Below, in pieces: positions 49,016 through 57,455 of a stretch of DNA of 64,000 nucleotides. Within the stretch, counting starts at the first letter, position 1. Each line of letters starts with the position of its first letter. The notes under the pieces were generated by a model that had not been told where the DNA came from, ran no database searches, and saw nothing but the letters and a program-made list of their open reading frames with translations. Origin of the DNA: a virus. A program made the translations under genes and the position numbers. The DNA lies in the IMG/VR virus record IMGVR_UViG_3300009068_000001, positions 35,806-99,805 of that record; one strand, written 5' to 3'.

Positions 49016-49564
49016 GTGAAATTTAATGAAGAGACTATATTAAAAGCAAAAGCAACCTTAATGGTAGTTATGTTAACTATAGTTACCACGAACCAAGCTT
49101 ATGCGGCCTATAACCGGGTTGATACGCCCACTGTGATCACGGCCCCTGTGGTAGTTGATCCTCTTGATAAGTATCGGGAGATAACCAAGTTCACCCCCAC
49201 AGAACTGGCAGACATGCTTGAACTCGTTGGCTTCAAGGGATATTCCCTAAAGCTGGCTTGGGCAGTAGTTATGCGAGAATCTCGGGGGCACTCCGTATCC
49301 CACAATAAAACGTCCTCAACAGGAGATAACTCTTACGGCTTATTTCAGATAAACATGCTGGGAAGCCTAGGGGAAATCCGAAGAGAAAAATTTGGTATTA
49401 AATCTAATGCTGAACTCTTAGACCCAGTAACAAACGCCCAAGCAGCCTTTTACATGACAGATCATGGAACAGACTTTGGGTCCTGGGGCTTAGGACCAAA
49501 CGCATACGATGGTAGCTCATCAGAACCAGCTGTAACAATCTGGTTAGATGACTTTCCTAAGTAA
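49016..49564 (+). CDS. secreted lytic transglycosylase (SLT/lysozyme-like)
   Basis: Signal-peptide-like N-terminus ending AYA; RESRG; DNSYGLFQINM; DPVTNAQAAF..W. Confidence 0.85.
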   Translation: MKFNEETILKAKATLMVVMLTIVTTNQAYAAYNRVDTPTVITAPVVVDPLDKYREITKFTPTELADMLELVGFKGYSLKLAWAVVMRESRGHSVSHNKTSSTGDNSYGLFQINMLGSLGEIRREKFGIKSNAELLDPVTNAQAAFYMTDHGTDFGSWGLGPNAYDGSSSEPAVTIWLDDFPK

Positions 49565-49568
49565 ATAG

Positions 49569-49596
49569 AAAAGGCCCCGTAATTGGGGCCTTTTTT
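49569..49596. terminator. bidirectional intrinsic terminator
   Basis: AAAAGGCCCC-GTAATT-GGGGCCTTTTTT between convergent genes. Confidence 0.9.
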
Positions 49597-49843
49597 ATTT
49601 GCGATTTCTTACTAAAGCGCCCATGCCATCTTCTGGCGGTTTCTTTTTAATATCTTTAGCCGGTTCTTTTTTATTACTGTTATCTTTGGGTGGTTTATTT
49701 GGAGGAGTAGGTGATGCAGGAGAGGCTGCAGTTTTAGGTTTTGGTTTATTCTCAACTCTTTTAAACGTGCTTGACCGATTCTTAGGGGAAGTTAATCCAA
49801 TCTTACCTACGGGTTGTAAACCCATGCTATCAAATTGACCCAT
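49595..49843 (-). CDS. small Lys/Pro-rich protein
   Basis: TAATG coupling; starts MGQFD. Confidence 0.6.
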   Translation of the reverse strand: MGQFDSMGLQPVGKIGLTSPKNRSSTFKRVENKPKPKTAASPASPTPPNKPPKDNSNKKEPAKDIKKKPPEDGMGALVRNRK

Positions 49844-50133
49844 TATTTCTTTCCTGCTCTACGCTTGTTTTCTTTAGCGGTGTTCTTACCATGCTTTAAT
49901 GGTCTAAGGTTACTAGAACTATCGTTGTCATGATTATTATCTTTGTGATCAACGTCTGTGCCTTTAGGTAACTTACCGTGCTTCTTCTCGTACTTAGCTT
50001 TAGCAGCATTTTTAGAAGTGGTATGCCAAACGCCGTCTTTTTTATAGTGCTCAACAATAATTTTACGACCGCCATTAGCAGCAGAACCTTTATATTCTTT
50101 ACCGCCAGCTACTGTTTTTTTCTTAATAGCCAT
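49843..50133 (-). CDS. small basic HNH-like protein
   Basis: DVDHKDNNHDNDSSSNLRPL..N. Confidence 0.7.
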   Translation of the reverse strand: MAIKKKTVAGGKEYKGSAANGGRKIIVEHYKKDGVWHTTSKNAAKAKYEKKHGKLPKGTDVDHKDNNHDNDSSSNLRPLKHGKNTAKENKRRAGKK

Positions 50134-50276
50134 TATTTTTTAGATTTCTTAGTTGGTTTTTTAACTTTTTCTTTGCCAGAGCCTTCTGGTACACAATTAG
50201 GGACTTTCTTGCCGCCCTTCATTTTCATACCTACTTGTACGTAACCATCCCAACAAGGATTACTATCTTTAGCCAT
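50133..50276 (-). CDS. 47-aa basic protein (not in ORF track)
   Basis: MAKDSNPCWDGYVQVGMKMKGGKKVPNCVPEG..; TAATG on both sides. Confidence 0.75.
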   Translation of the reverse strand: MAKDSNPCWDGYVQVGMKMKGGKKVPNCVPEGSGKEKVKKPTKKSKK

Positions 50277-50554
50277 TAACAATCCCACTTTCTAAGTGCT
50301 AAAGCCTTACGTGTAGGCTTACCATTTTTTTCCATTGCTCCGGGCATACCGCCCATACGAGCACAAAACGACTTACGACGTGCTGCAGACTTAGGTGATT
50401 TCTTTGCTTGAGCTGAAGATACTGGCGGCTTAAGATTATGACCTTCTGCTTTAGCAGATGCACGACCCTTTGCGTTAAGACCACCTTCAGGATTTTGTCC
50501 TTCTTTGCGTGTCCACGCTGCCGACTTATGATGTGTTTTTTTCTTGGTTGTCAT
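50276..50554 (-). CDS. basic phage protein
   Basis: AWTRKEGQNPEGGLNAKGRAS..RRKSFCARM..ALRKWDC. Confidence 0.75.
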   Translation of the reverse strand: MTTKKKTHHKSAAWTRKEGQNPEGGLNAKGRASAKAEGHNLKPPVSSAQAKKSPKSAARRKSFCARMGGMPGAMEKNGKPTRKALALRKWDC

Positions 50555-50841
50555 GACCACTCCTCTGTGCATCCACATTCTTTATTAAACTTACCACATT
50601 GTACACAAGTCATACGCTCACTAGGCTTTAGACTTCCCGCAGATTCTAACTTATCCTCGTGAGACGCTACGTCCTTGTAGCTAGCTAAGTTTACACCATA
50701 TGCCGCTGAAGCCTCAACTACCTGTGGATGATTCCATGGGCGTGCAGATTTAGAGGTTCTATCTGAAACAGAGAGTCTGATACGAGGTGCTCCAGTACCG
50801 CTTCTGGAACCCCAATAAAGTTCTTTACGAGTGCGTCCCAT
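50551..50841 (-). CDS. hypothetical protein with C-terminal Cys cluster
   Basis: CVQCGKFNKECGC. Confidence 0.6.
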   Translation of the reverse strand: MGRTRKELYWGSRSGTGAPRIRLSVSDRTSKSARPWNHPQVVEASAAYGVNLASYKDVASHEDKLESAGSLKPSERMTCVQCGKFNKECGCTEEWS

Positions 50842-50844
50842 TAG

Positions 50845-51219
50845 TTACTTGCCCTTCATATTTGGCATAATGTGGTGCAAGACTTGTTTTTGCTTATATC
50901 CGCCTGTTCCAGACCAAACATTATTCCAATTTTTTTGAAATTTAGTTTTAGTACTTTGGTCAACTTCTTCCCATTTACTCCAAGCATCACCATTCATGGG
51001 AGTTACCATTGATACGGTTCCTTCTTCATCACCTATAGTTTGCCCATTTAAATTTGTTCTTGCTCCAGAAGGGGTTTTAACAAATTTAAATGCTTTACCG
51101 TAGTTTCTATCCCAATCAGGGGCTGGAGAACCAGTACCCTTCATGGTTAGGAGAGACGCCTTCATGTCTGAACTGAGATGCGATAAACTAGCGCTGCTAA
51201 AATCAGATACTCGTCCCAT
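50845..51219 (-). CDS. hypothetical protein
   Basis: Coupled ORF. Confidence 0.55.
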   Translation of the reverse strand: MGRVSDFSSASLSHLSSDMKASLLTMKGTGSPAPDWDRNYGKAFKFVKTPSGARTNLNGQTIGDEEGTVSMVTPMNGDAWSKWEEVDQSTKTKFQKNWNNVWSGTGGYKQKQVLHHIMPNMKGK

Positions 51220-51401
51220 TAGTTACTCGATTCACCACTAGCACCACGACCATAACGTTGGCGGGTGATAACATGTGAGTCATCAGCTTGATCAGGCTTA
51301 AGGCCTGTTAGATACTCTGCAGCCTCTCGTGCATTGTGGCGTAGGTTCTTAGGAACCTGAACCTCACGAGGTTTAGAAGAAAAAACCTCTGAGCGAGACA
51401 T
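51219..51401 (-). CDS. hypothetical protein
   Basis: TAATG coupling on both sides. Confidence 0.55.
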   Translation of the reverse strand: MSRSEVFSSKPREVQVPKNLRHNAREAAEYLTGLKPDQADDSHVITRQRYGRGASGESSN

Positions 51402-53557
51402 TAGGAGTCTTTTTCTTCTTTAAGAACTTTATTAGGGCTTGTTTCTCCTGGACGAAGACCCTGTAGGTCTATGACACGAGGTCTCTTTGAATCATCTGGT
51501 CCAGGAACATTTTTTCTATTACGTTTTTCCTGTGGGCTAAATTCACGGACCACAGCTTCTTCAGGAGCTTGACCAACACGACGAACAGCAACACGTTCAG
51601 TTCCTGCTAGAGGAGCAGTAGGAGTTGCAGCTACAGAACCACGAGCAATTTTAGGTGCTGCCTCAGCTTGAGCAGTAATCTTAGTAGCTTTATCTGCTAT
51701 AACATTGCGATTTTCACTAGAACCTGCTGCAAGAGCAACATTCTGGCCGTTAACAAGAACTTCGCTTGAATCGTTTTTAACCTCACGAAACGTTTTTTGT
51801 GGGCTTGAACCAGCTTGTACCATTCCACGTAGAAGAGCAAACTCCCCGGCAATCTTTTCAGGATTTCCACGACGATTACGATCTACAATTTTATACGCGG
51901 CAGCTAAACGAGAAGCTGCTTCTAATGGACGTCCACCTAGATATCTACCTAGGTGTCCTTCATCAGGATCTGCCAAAGTATGGTGAACACCAAGAGCATG
52001 CGCAACAGTTGCTTTTTGAACAGCTGGGTGAGATAAGAACGCAGTGCTATTCATGTAATCTTCATCAAGGTTATAACGCTCTGTTTTTCCAAGACCCTTT
52101 GCAGTAGCCATAACTTCTGGGGCAACAGTAGTCATTTTTTTAGGTTTGCCTTCAGGAGTTTTTTGACCTGCAAGTTCTCTTGCACGTGTTTCACGCATTC
52201 CGGCTAGAACTATTTGACGCTCTGGAGTTTGACCACGAGCAGGTCTAGAAGCTCTTACATTTGGATCAAATACAGTAGTAGTTACCGGAGTACCGCGTCT
52301 TGCACGAAGACGTTTATTTTCTGCTTCCGCTTGTTTGCGATCTGTAGGTTGTGCCCCAAAAGTATCAATAGCTAGTGGGGGAATTACATTTCCGGCTCTA
52401 TTAACTGTTGGTTTTTCATATGGTGCAGCATCACGTGGTGAACGAACTGGAACGTGTACAAGTGGTTTTCCAGGAAGTTTTTCATGACGTACTGGTTTTC
52501 TAGGACCTTCTGCAGGAACTTCACGCATAGTTGTGCTACGAAGATCATTTGGGTCATCATATCCAGCAGCTACATTTGGACCTTCAATACTATATCCTGG
52601 GCGTTTAGGATCTGGAATTTGCTCATAAGCTGCTCCCGCAATATCGCCCTCTACAACAGCTCTAGCAGATTCAGTAACAAGTTTGCGTTTTGTTGGTTTT
52701 GCAAGAGGTTCTGTGTAACGGCTTTTCTTATTTGCTTCAGAACGAGTCTGTCCTGTAGCAGCAGATGATTGATCTGAATCTGGATGTTCTGTTTCAAAAT
52801 CGCGTACAACTTTATCGCTATGTACAGTGCCGCCTCTACGAGCTTTAATTACATCTACTTTTTCAAACTGTGGAGATACGTGGCGAACTCCAGTCTCTAC
52901 TGCTTCGCCTTTTTTGTCATCCCAAGATAAAGTAGTACTGTTAATGTTATTAGGGTCGTTAAACTCAGCCTTTACTTCTCCAGTAGTTAGGTTATAAGGT
53001 TGATTTGTAGGAGCAGGCGTATCAACTTTAGGTGTTGAAGTTGTTTCTTTTATTGTTGCATCAAATTTAGGGGTTTCGCCCTTTGGTTTGTAATTAGCTC
53101 TTGCACGGTCAGCATCTTCAGCAGAAATTGGGTTAGTAATTTCTTCCCAATCAGCTGGCTTGGCGCTAGTATTAGGCTTAACAAATCCTTTAGATAATAG
53201 GTTTGATACTGGATTAGCTTTAGGGGGGATAACTTCTGAGCTATCGTAAGCCTCACCAGTTTTTTCGTCAAGACGCATGGTTGTAGTACTAAGTCCAGCA
53301 ATTTGACGCTTACGTGAATTTCTATTGTAATGCTTACGAACCATACTTGCATCAGCTTCTTTTTTGCTTGCTGCATTAGCCGCAGCTTGTTTTGGAGCAT
53401 TAGCTGGTAATGAACGGTTTTTATTATCTTCAGTATTTTCTGGGGCGTTAGTCTCTATAGGTGCAACTATGTCTGGGTTACCAGGGGCACCTTTAAAACG
53501 ATCTGGACGTGAGCCGGTTCCAAGAATTTTTACATACTTATCAAATTGACCAGCCAT
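51401..53557 (-). CDS. large low-complexity, likely disordered protein
   Basis: 718 aa rich in K/R/P/A/T/E; no Cys seen. Confidence 0.7.
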   Translation of the reverse strand: MAGQFDKYVKILGTGSRPDRFKGAPGNPDIVAPIETNAPENTEDNKNRSLPANAPKQAAANAASKKEADASMVRKHYNRNSRKRQIAGLSTTTMRLDEKTGEAYDSSEVIPPKANPVSNLLSKGFVKPNTSAKPADWEEITNPISAEDADRARANYKPKGETPKFDATIKETTSTPKVDTPAPTNQPYNLTTGEVKAEFNDPNNINSTTLSWDDKKGEAVETGVRHVSPQFEKVDVIKARRGGTVHSDKVVRDFETEHPDSDQSSAATGQTRSEANKKSRYTEPLAKPTKRKLVTESARAVVEGDIAGAAYEQIPDPKRPGYSIEGPNVAAGYDDPNDLRSTTMREVPAEGPRKPVRHEKLPGKPLVHVPVRSPRDAAPYEKPTVNRAGNVIPPLAIDTFGAQPTDRKQAEAENKRLRARRGTPVTTTVFDPNVRASRPARGQTPERQIVLAGMRETRARELAGQKTPEGKPKKMTTVAPEVMATAKGLGKTERYNLDEDYMNSTAFLSHPAVQKATVAHALGVHHTLADPDEGHLGRYLGGRPLEAASRLAAAYKIVDRNRRGNPEKIAGEFALLRGMVQAGSSPQKTFREVKNDSSEVLVNGQNVALAAGSSENRNVIADKATKITAQAEAAPKIARGSVAATPTAPLAGTERVAVRRVGQAPEEAVVREFSPQEKRNRKNVPGPDDSKRPRVIDLQGLRPGETSPNKVLKEEKDS

Positions 53558-54309
53558 TAGTTACTTCCGCCTTTGCCATCATTAATACCATCATTAAGAC
53601 CGTTTGTTCTTGGTCGTTCTTTTTCTAAATCTGCTTTTTGCTGTGGGGTAAAGGTTTGGTTACTTGGACGAGTAGACTCATCAACTTCACGCATACTTGC
53701 AGGAGGACGTTGAGAAAGTTTTTCTCCATACTCTATGTCGTCTAAATTAAGTTTTTCACGGGTCATATTACCGGACTTGTCAAAACGAGCAACAGTACCT
53801 GAGTAATCATTATCAGCACCTTGGTTTGTTACTTCGTCTTGATTACGACGCTTAGTACGTTCTTGTTCTTGAAGAACACCCTTAGGAGGTTGACCAGGAA
53901 GAATGCCGTGCTTACTTGTTTGAATACCAAAATTATTTACAAAACCGGCAAATTGAGGACGAACATAGTCTCCAGATTGGTATGGGCGACCTTCATCTGG
54001 GTTATGAACTTTATTGACTACATTAGGGTGGTTCTCATCATATCGTTCATTAGCAACATCAAAGTAGTTTCCAACAACTTGTGGGGACATAACACCCTCA
54101 AGAAGATTTGCTTTTACTCTGGAATTCTGTTGTGCTTCATTAACTCTGATACGAGACTCTTCATCTTTTTCACGATGGTAATCACGTTCTGCACGGCGCA
54201 TCTTAGTACCAAGATATTGTCCTAAAATATTTCCGGCTGCACCCTTAAATACGCTAGGGTTGCTGTTACCGGCCTGAACAATGTTTTGTCCGCCTTTGCC
54301 AAAATTCAT
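53557..54309 (-). CDS. hydrophilic hypothetical protein
   Basis: 250 aa, N/Q/E/R-rich. Confidence 0.65.
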   Translation of the reverse strand: MNFGKGGQNIVQAGNSNPSVFKGAAGNILGQYLGTKMRRAERDYHREKDEESRIRVNEAQQNSRVKANLLEGVMSPQVVGNYFDVANERYDENHPNVVNKVHNPDEGRPYQSGDYVRPQFAGFVNNFGIQTSKHGILPGQPPKGVLQEQERTKRRNQDEVTNQGADNDYSGTVARFDKSGNMTREKLNLDDIEYGEKLSQRPPASMREVDESTRPSNQTFTPQQKADLEKERPRTNGLNDGINDGKGGSN

Positions 54310-54322
54310 TTGATTTCCGATC

Positions 54323-54541
54323 CTAGTCTTCCGTTACAGACAAAAGTTTAGCAATTCCGCCCTGGTCTGTAAGCGCTTGAGCGTGTTGATTATAGTGGTG
54401 CATGCAGAAAGACAGTTCGCCATACGGCAAAATTGAGACAATCATTGCTCTGGCAGAGCAAGAATCACACTGAACCAGCCCCGTCGCCTGAACTTCCAGC
54501 TGCGTCTCCAGTTGCTGTTGCTGCTCCGCTATCTGTGCCAT
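54323..54541 (-). CDS. small zinc-binding protein
   Basis: CDSC..LSFCMHH; start uncertain. Confidence 0.6.
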   Translation of the reverse strand: MAQIAEQQQQLETQLEVQATGLVQCDSCSARAMIVSILPYGELSFCMHHYNQHAQALTDQGGIAKLLSVTED

Positions 54542-54749
54542 CATTACCCGTTTCTTGATTTGATGTTTGGTCTGTATTAGATCCGCCATAATTTCCTACA
54601 CCGGTAAAGCCTACACCATAAAGACCTCGATACCAGTCTAATGCCCCGTACACAGGATACCCACCACCTAAACGACCCACCACAGCCACATCTTTAGTTT
54701 TATGATGCTTGTGGTGTTTATGGTGCTGGTGTTTCTTTAGGTGGGTCAT
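54465..54749 (-). CDS. His/Lys-rich, Gly-rich small protein
   Basis: MTHLKKHQHHKHHKHHK.. Confidence 0.5.
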   Translation of the reverse strand: MTHLKKHQHHKHHKHHKTKDVAVVGRLGGGYPVYGALDWYRGLYGVGFTGVGNYGGSNTDQTSNQETGNDGTDSGAATATGDAAGSSGDGAGSV

Positions 54750-54771
54750 GGGATTAGTATCCCACTAAAGC

Positions 54772-54804
54772 AAAAAGCCGGGAGCGTGAACTCCCGGCTC
54801 TTTT
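54772..54804 (-). terminator. intrinsic terminator
   Basis: AGCCGGGAG..CTCCCGGCT followed by a T run. Confidence 0.85.
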
Positions 54805-54817
54805 ATTTGCTTTAAGC

Positions 54818-55780
54818 TTATGCAAACGGTGTAATTGTGATTGTAGCTGTTGTTGCGACTGAAGCTGCATTTGCAGCAACTGACTGAGTCTTGATTGTTC
54901 CAGAAACACCTGTAAGTCCAGCAACAGAAAGACCTGTTGTTGAAAGAGTACCTGATGTTGTGGTTGTGAAAGAAACAGTGTTTGTAGCAACTGCTGTAAC
55001 TGTCCATGTACCGTTTAGTGCGGTATCTGGAGATACAAGTGATGCAACAGTAATCTTTGTTCCAACTGGATACTTTGCACCAGCACCTGAAGAGGTGATT
55101 GTTGCTGCTGTACCTGTGCGTGAAACTGCTGTGATAGTTGAAGCTGCGTTTGTAGCTGCAGATGCAGTTGTAATATTAGCTGCTTCGTAACCAGCATCCT
55201 TAAGAGCATCAAGGGCAAGAGCTGTTGTCTTACCAACAACTGAAGGTACGTTGATGTAAGCAATTCCTGCGCCATCAGCTGCTGTAATAGCAGTTGTTGA
55301 CTGAACCTTACCAAGTTGACCGGTGATAGTTCCAGCGTTTGCTGCGTTAGTAACTTGGAATGAAGTTTTCTGTGGGTTTACAACTGTTGCTGATGAAAGG
55401 TTGTAAGCTGAAGCTGTAAGACCAGTAATGTTTACAGTCTCTCCACCAGTGAAGTAATTCTGACATGTGTATGTAACTGTTGTTCCATCACCTGATACTG
55501 CTGAAACCATGTAGTTAGGTTCAGCTGCAATAAATGAAGGATAGTTAGCCCACTCTGCTTCTGCGATAGCGTGGCTATCGTATGAAGCGTTTAGACGAGC
55601 ACTTGGATAGACTGAGTATCCGGTCCAGCTTTTGTTTTCAGATGCATTAGATGCAACTACTTCAACTGCTGTTCCGTCTGTGCGATCATCGTTTGGTTGC
55701 ATAGGGAAGTTTCCCCATACGAAATCTACTGCAACGTTGCCTGAGGTATCAAGCAAATTGCCATTGTTATTTACGGCCAT
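54818..55780 (-). CDS. probable virion decoration protein: PASTA-like domain plus two copies of the shared beta domain
   Basis: VPSVVGKTTALALDALKDAG..IKTQSVAA; Thr/Ala-rich; own terminator. Confidence 0.6.
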   Translation of the reverse strand: MAVNNNGNLLDTSGNVAVDFVWGNFPMQPNDDRTDGTAVEVVASNASENKSWTGYSVYPSARLNASYDSHAIAEAEWANYPSFIAAEPNYMVSAVSGDGTTVTYTCQNYFTGGETVNITGLTASAYNLSSATVVNPQKTSFQVTNAANAGTITGQLGKVQSTTAITAADGAGIAYINVPSVVGKTTALALDALKDAGYEAANITTASAATNAASTITAVSRTGTAATITSSGAGAKYPVGTKITVASLVSPDTALNGTWTVTAVATNTVSFTTTTSGTLSTTGLSVAGLTGVSGTIKTQSVAANAASVATTATITITPFA

Positions 55781-55852
55781 TATTTTACCTTTTTCTATAT
55801 AGAGGGTTTATCGTCTCGGTGCACTTAGAGACAGGAACAATAGTATTAAGGA

Positions 55853-56422
55853 TTAAGACTTTTGTATGTGTGTAATGATCTTCCCACCGGAATATATATC
55901 ATGCTTACAGGCAATCTCTACTGCTTTGCGAAGAACTTTTTCGGCAGCCTCTGGGGTTTTGGCCTTATGGTACTCTAAAGCCTCAAGAGCTCCAAGAGCT
56001 ACATCTCCGCCTGAACCACCGTAGTAGACATTGCGGGCTTCACGATCCCAAGAGTAGTCACTAAAGATTGGGTATAGGACGCCACGAATAGAAACGATAA
56101 GGTTAGAGTCATGAGCTGCTGCATCGCCATCATCTTTGGCATCATAACCCGCTTTGATAAAAGCTTCACGCATAGATGGGATAAATCTTTTTGTTACAAA
56201 TAAATCTAAATTTTCAGAGGCACGAGGTTTTGGTGGCTTCCAACCAAATTGAGTAATGTTTCCACCGCGGGATGCACCAGAGACAGCAATCAGTACACCA
56301 TTGTTATCAACAACTTTAGGTGTTGCTAAATCCATAAAACGACCATCTTCATCAGATGCACGACTATCACATCCAATAACAGACCAGCCGTCACCCTGTA
56401 TAGCTACTAACGTTGTCATCAT
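55853..56422 (-). CDS. proteasome beta-subunit/HslV-like Ntn hydrolase
   Basis: N-terminal MTT; CDSR; PKV; GSGG; DIYSGG. Confidence 0.85.
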   Translation of the reverse strand: MMTTLVAIQGDGWSVIGCDSRASDEDGRFMDLATPKVVDNNGVLIAVSGASRGGNITQFGWKPPKPRASENLDLFVTKRFIPSMREAFIKAGYDAKDDGDAAAHDSNLIVSIRGVLYPIFSDYSWDREARNVYYGGSGGDVALGALEALEYHKAKTPEAAEKVLRKAVEIACKHDIYSGGKIITHIQKS

Positions 56423-56446
56423 ACCCTCTCGTAGAGACTTAGTGTA

Positions 56447-56872
56447 TTACAAGTATTCTTGAAAACCCATTTCAAATGTCTCAGAACGAGTTCGCGGCAA
56501 TTGTCCAAAAGATGTTGTTAACCAAGGCCAACCATTTAAGGCTTGCGTAACAAATTCATTTGTAGATGAGCCGGACTTCAGTTCTTGCCACATCTCTGGG
56601 ATAACCATATCATACTGGATCCAGGTGTAACTCGGTCTACCACCGACGCCGGGGTCTGTCATTACAATGACTAGAGTCTCTGTAGCGGGGTTGTAGCAGC
56701 ACTTCTGGGCTCTAGGCCTTAAAGGGTCAGATTGAGGGGCGTAAATCTCTTCATAGCCTGGGCCACATAATCTACTGGCCTCACGGTCATGTCTTAGGGC
56801 AGCTGCAATGGCAGCATAGTTATCGGGATCAACGGAAGGTTTAAACCTTTTAGCCCGATATCTATCTGACAT
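56447..56872 (-). CDS. KTSC-domain protein
   Basis: YNPATETLVIV..QYDMVIPEMWQELKSGSSTNEF. Confidence 0.65.
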   Translation of the reverse strand: MSDRYRAKRFKPSVDPDNYAAIAAALRHDREASRLCGPGYEEIYAPQSDPLRPRAQKCCYNPATETLVIVMTDPGVGGRPSYTWIQYDMVIPEMWQELKSGSSTNEFVTQALNGWPWLTTSFGQLPRTRSETFEMGFQEYL

Positions 56873-56952
56873 TATTTATCCCAATCTTTATTTTGTATGT
56901 ATGAGACAAACCATCCAATAGCAAATGCTACTAACATCCAAAGAGGGTTCAT
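56872..56952 (-). CDS. 26-aa membrane micropeptide
   Basis: MNPLWMLVAFAIGWFVSYIQNKDWDK; ATGA and TAATG coupling. Confidence 0.5.
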   Translation of the reverse strand: MNPLWMLVAFAIGWFVSYIQNKDWDK

Positions 56953-57110
56953 GAACCTCCCCATCCTCCACCACGAAATATAGCAGGGGTAGCAGACCAT
57001 AAACGACTCATACTCTCTTGACAACAAGTAGGTTCGTAATCTTCACCGAACTCGCGGGTAATCTCTTGTGTCATTCCACATTTATTACACTTGTAGTCAT
57101 ATTTAGGCAT
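56949..57110 (-). CDS. FmdB-family zinc ribbon protein
   Basis: MPKYDYKCNKCG..CC..MSRLWSATPAIFRGGGW. Confidence 0.8.
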   Translation of the reverse strand: MPKYDYKCNKCGMTQEITREFGEDYEPTCCQESMSRLWSATPAIFRGGGWGGS

Positions 57111-57217
57111 TAGTCTGAACACTCCGGGCATTTAGTAGTCGGGCTATTAGTTCCAACAGGAACTTGGTACATTACTCCACATCTATAGCAGAGCACATCT
57201 AATTTTAAATCTTCCAT
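57110..57217 (-). CDS. 35-aa zinc ribbon
   Basis: CYRCG..CPEC; TAATG coupling. Confidence 0.55.
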   Translation of the reverse strand: MEDLKLDVLCYRCGVMYQVPVGTNSPTTKCPECSD

Positions 57218-57263
57218 AATTTCCAAACTTTTCGGCGGGGAGTTACTGGTGTAACTACACGAG

Positions 57264-57335
57264 CTGACCTTCCTGGGATCGAACCAGGGACCTAGGCATT
57301 AACAGTGCCCCGCTCTGCCGCTGAGCTAAAGATCA
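57264..57335 (-). tRNA. trnN: tRNA-Asn(GTT), CCA not encoded
   Basis: TGATCTT/AAGGTCA acceptor stem, TAGCTCAG..GGCAGAGC D arm, GGGCA-CTGTTAA-TGCCT anticodon arm, GGTTCGATCC T arm. Confidence 0.93.
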
Positions 57336-57340
57336 AAGAT

Positions 57341-57437
57341 GCCTGACTTTGTATGGCGACCTAGTCAGGCTTAGGTGTTGTTCCTACATAGCCATTTGAT
57401 CGGTACTTACGTACTACAGGGATGGTTCTATCGCCAC
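57341..57437 (-). ncRNA. candidate pseudoknotted RNA directly 5' of tRNA-Asn
   Basis: Crossing helices GTGGCGA/TCGCCAT and GCCTGACT/AGTCAGGC; GTAC-GTAA-GTAC hairpin; TGcTATAAT promoter just upstream. Confidence 0.55.
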
Positions 57438-57455
57438 TATATTAATTATAGCAGG

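Noticed and set aside
57341-57437. HDV-like/theta ribozyme next to the tRNA
   Set aside because: It lies 5' rather than 3' of the tRNA and has no P3/L3/P1.1 arrangement; kept only as an unknown structured RNA
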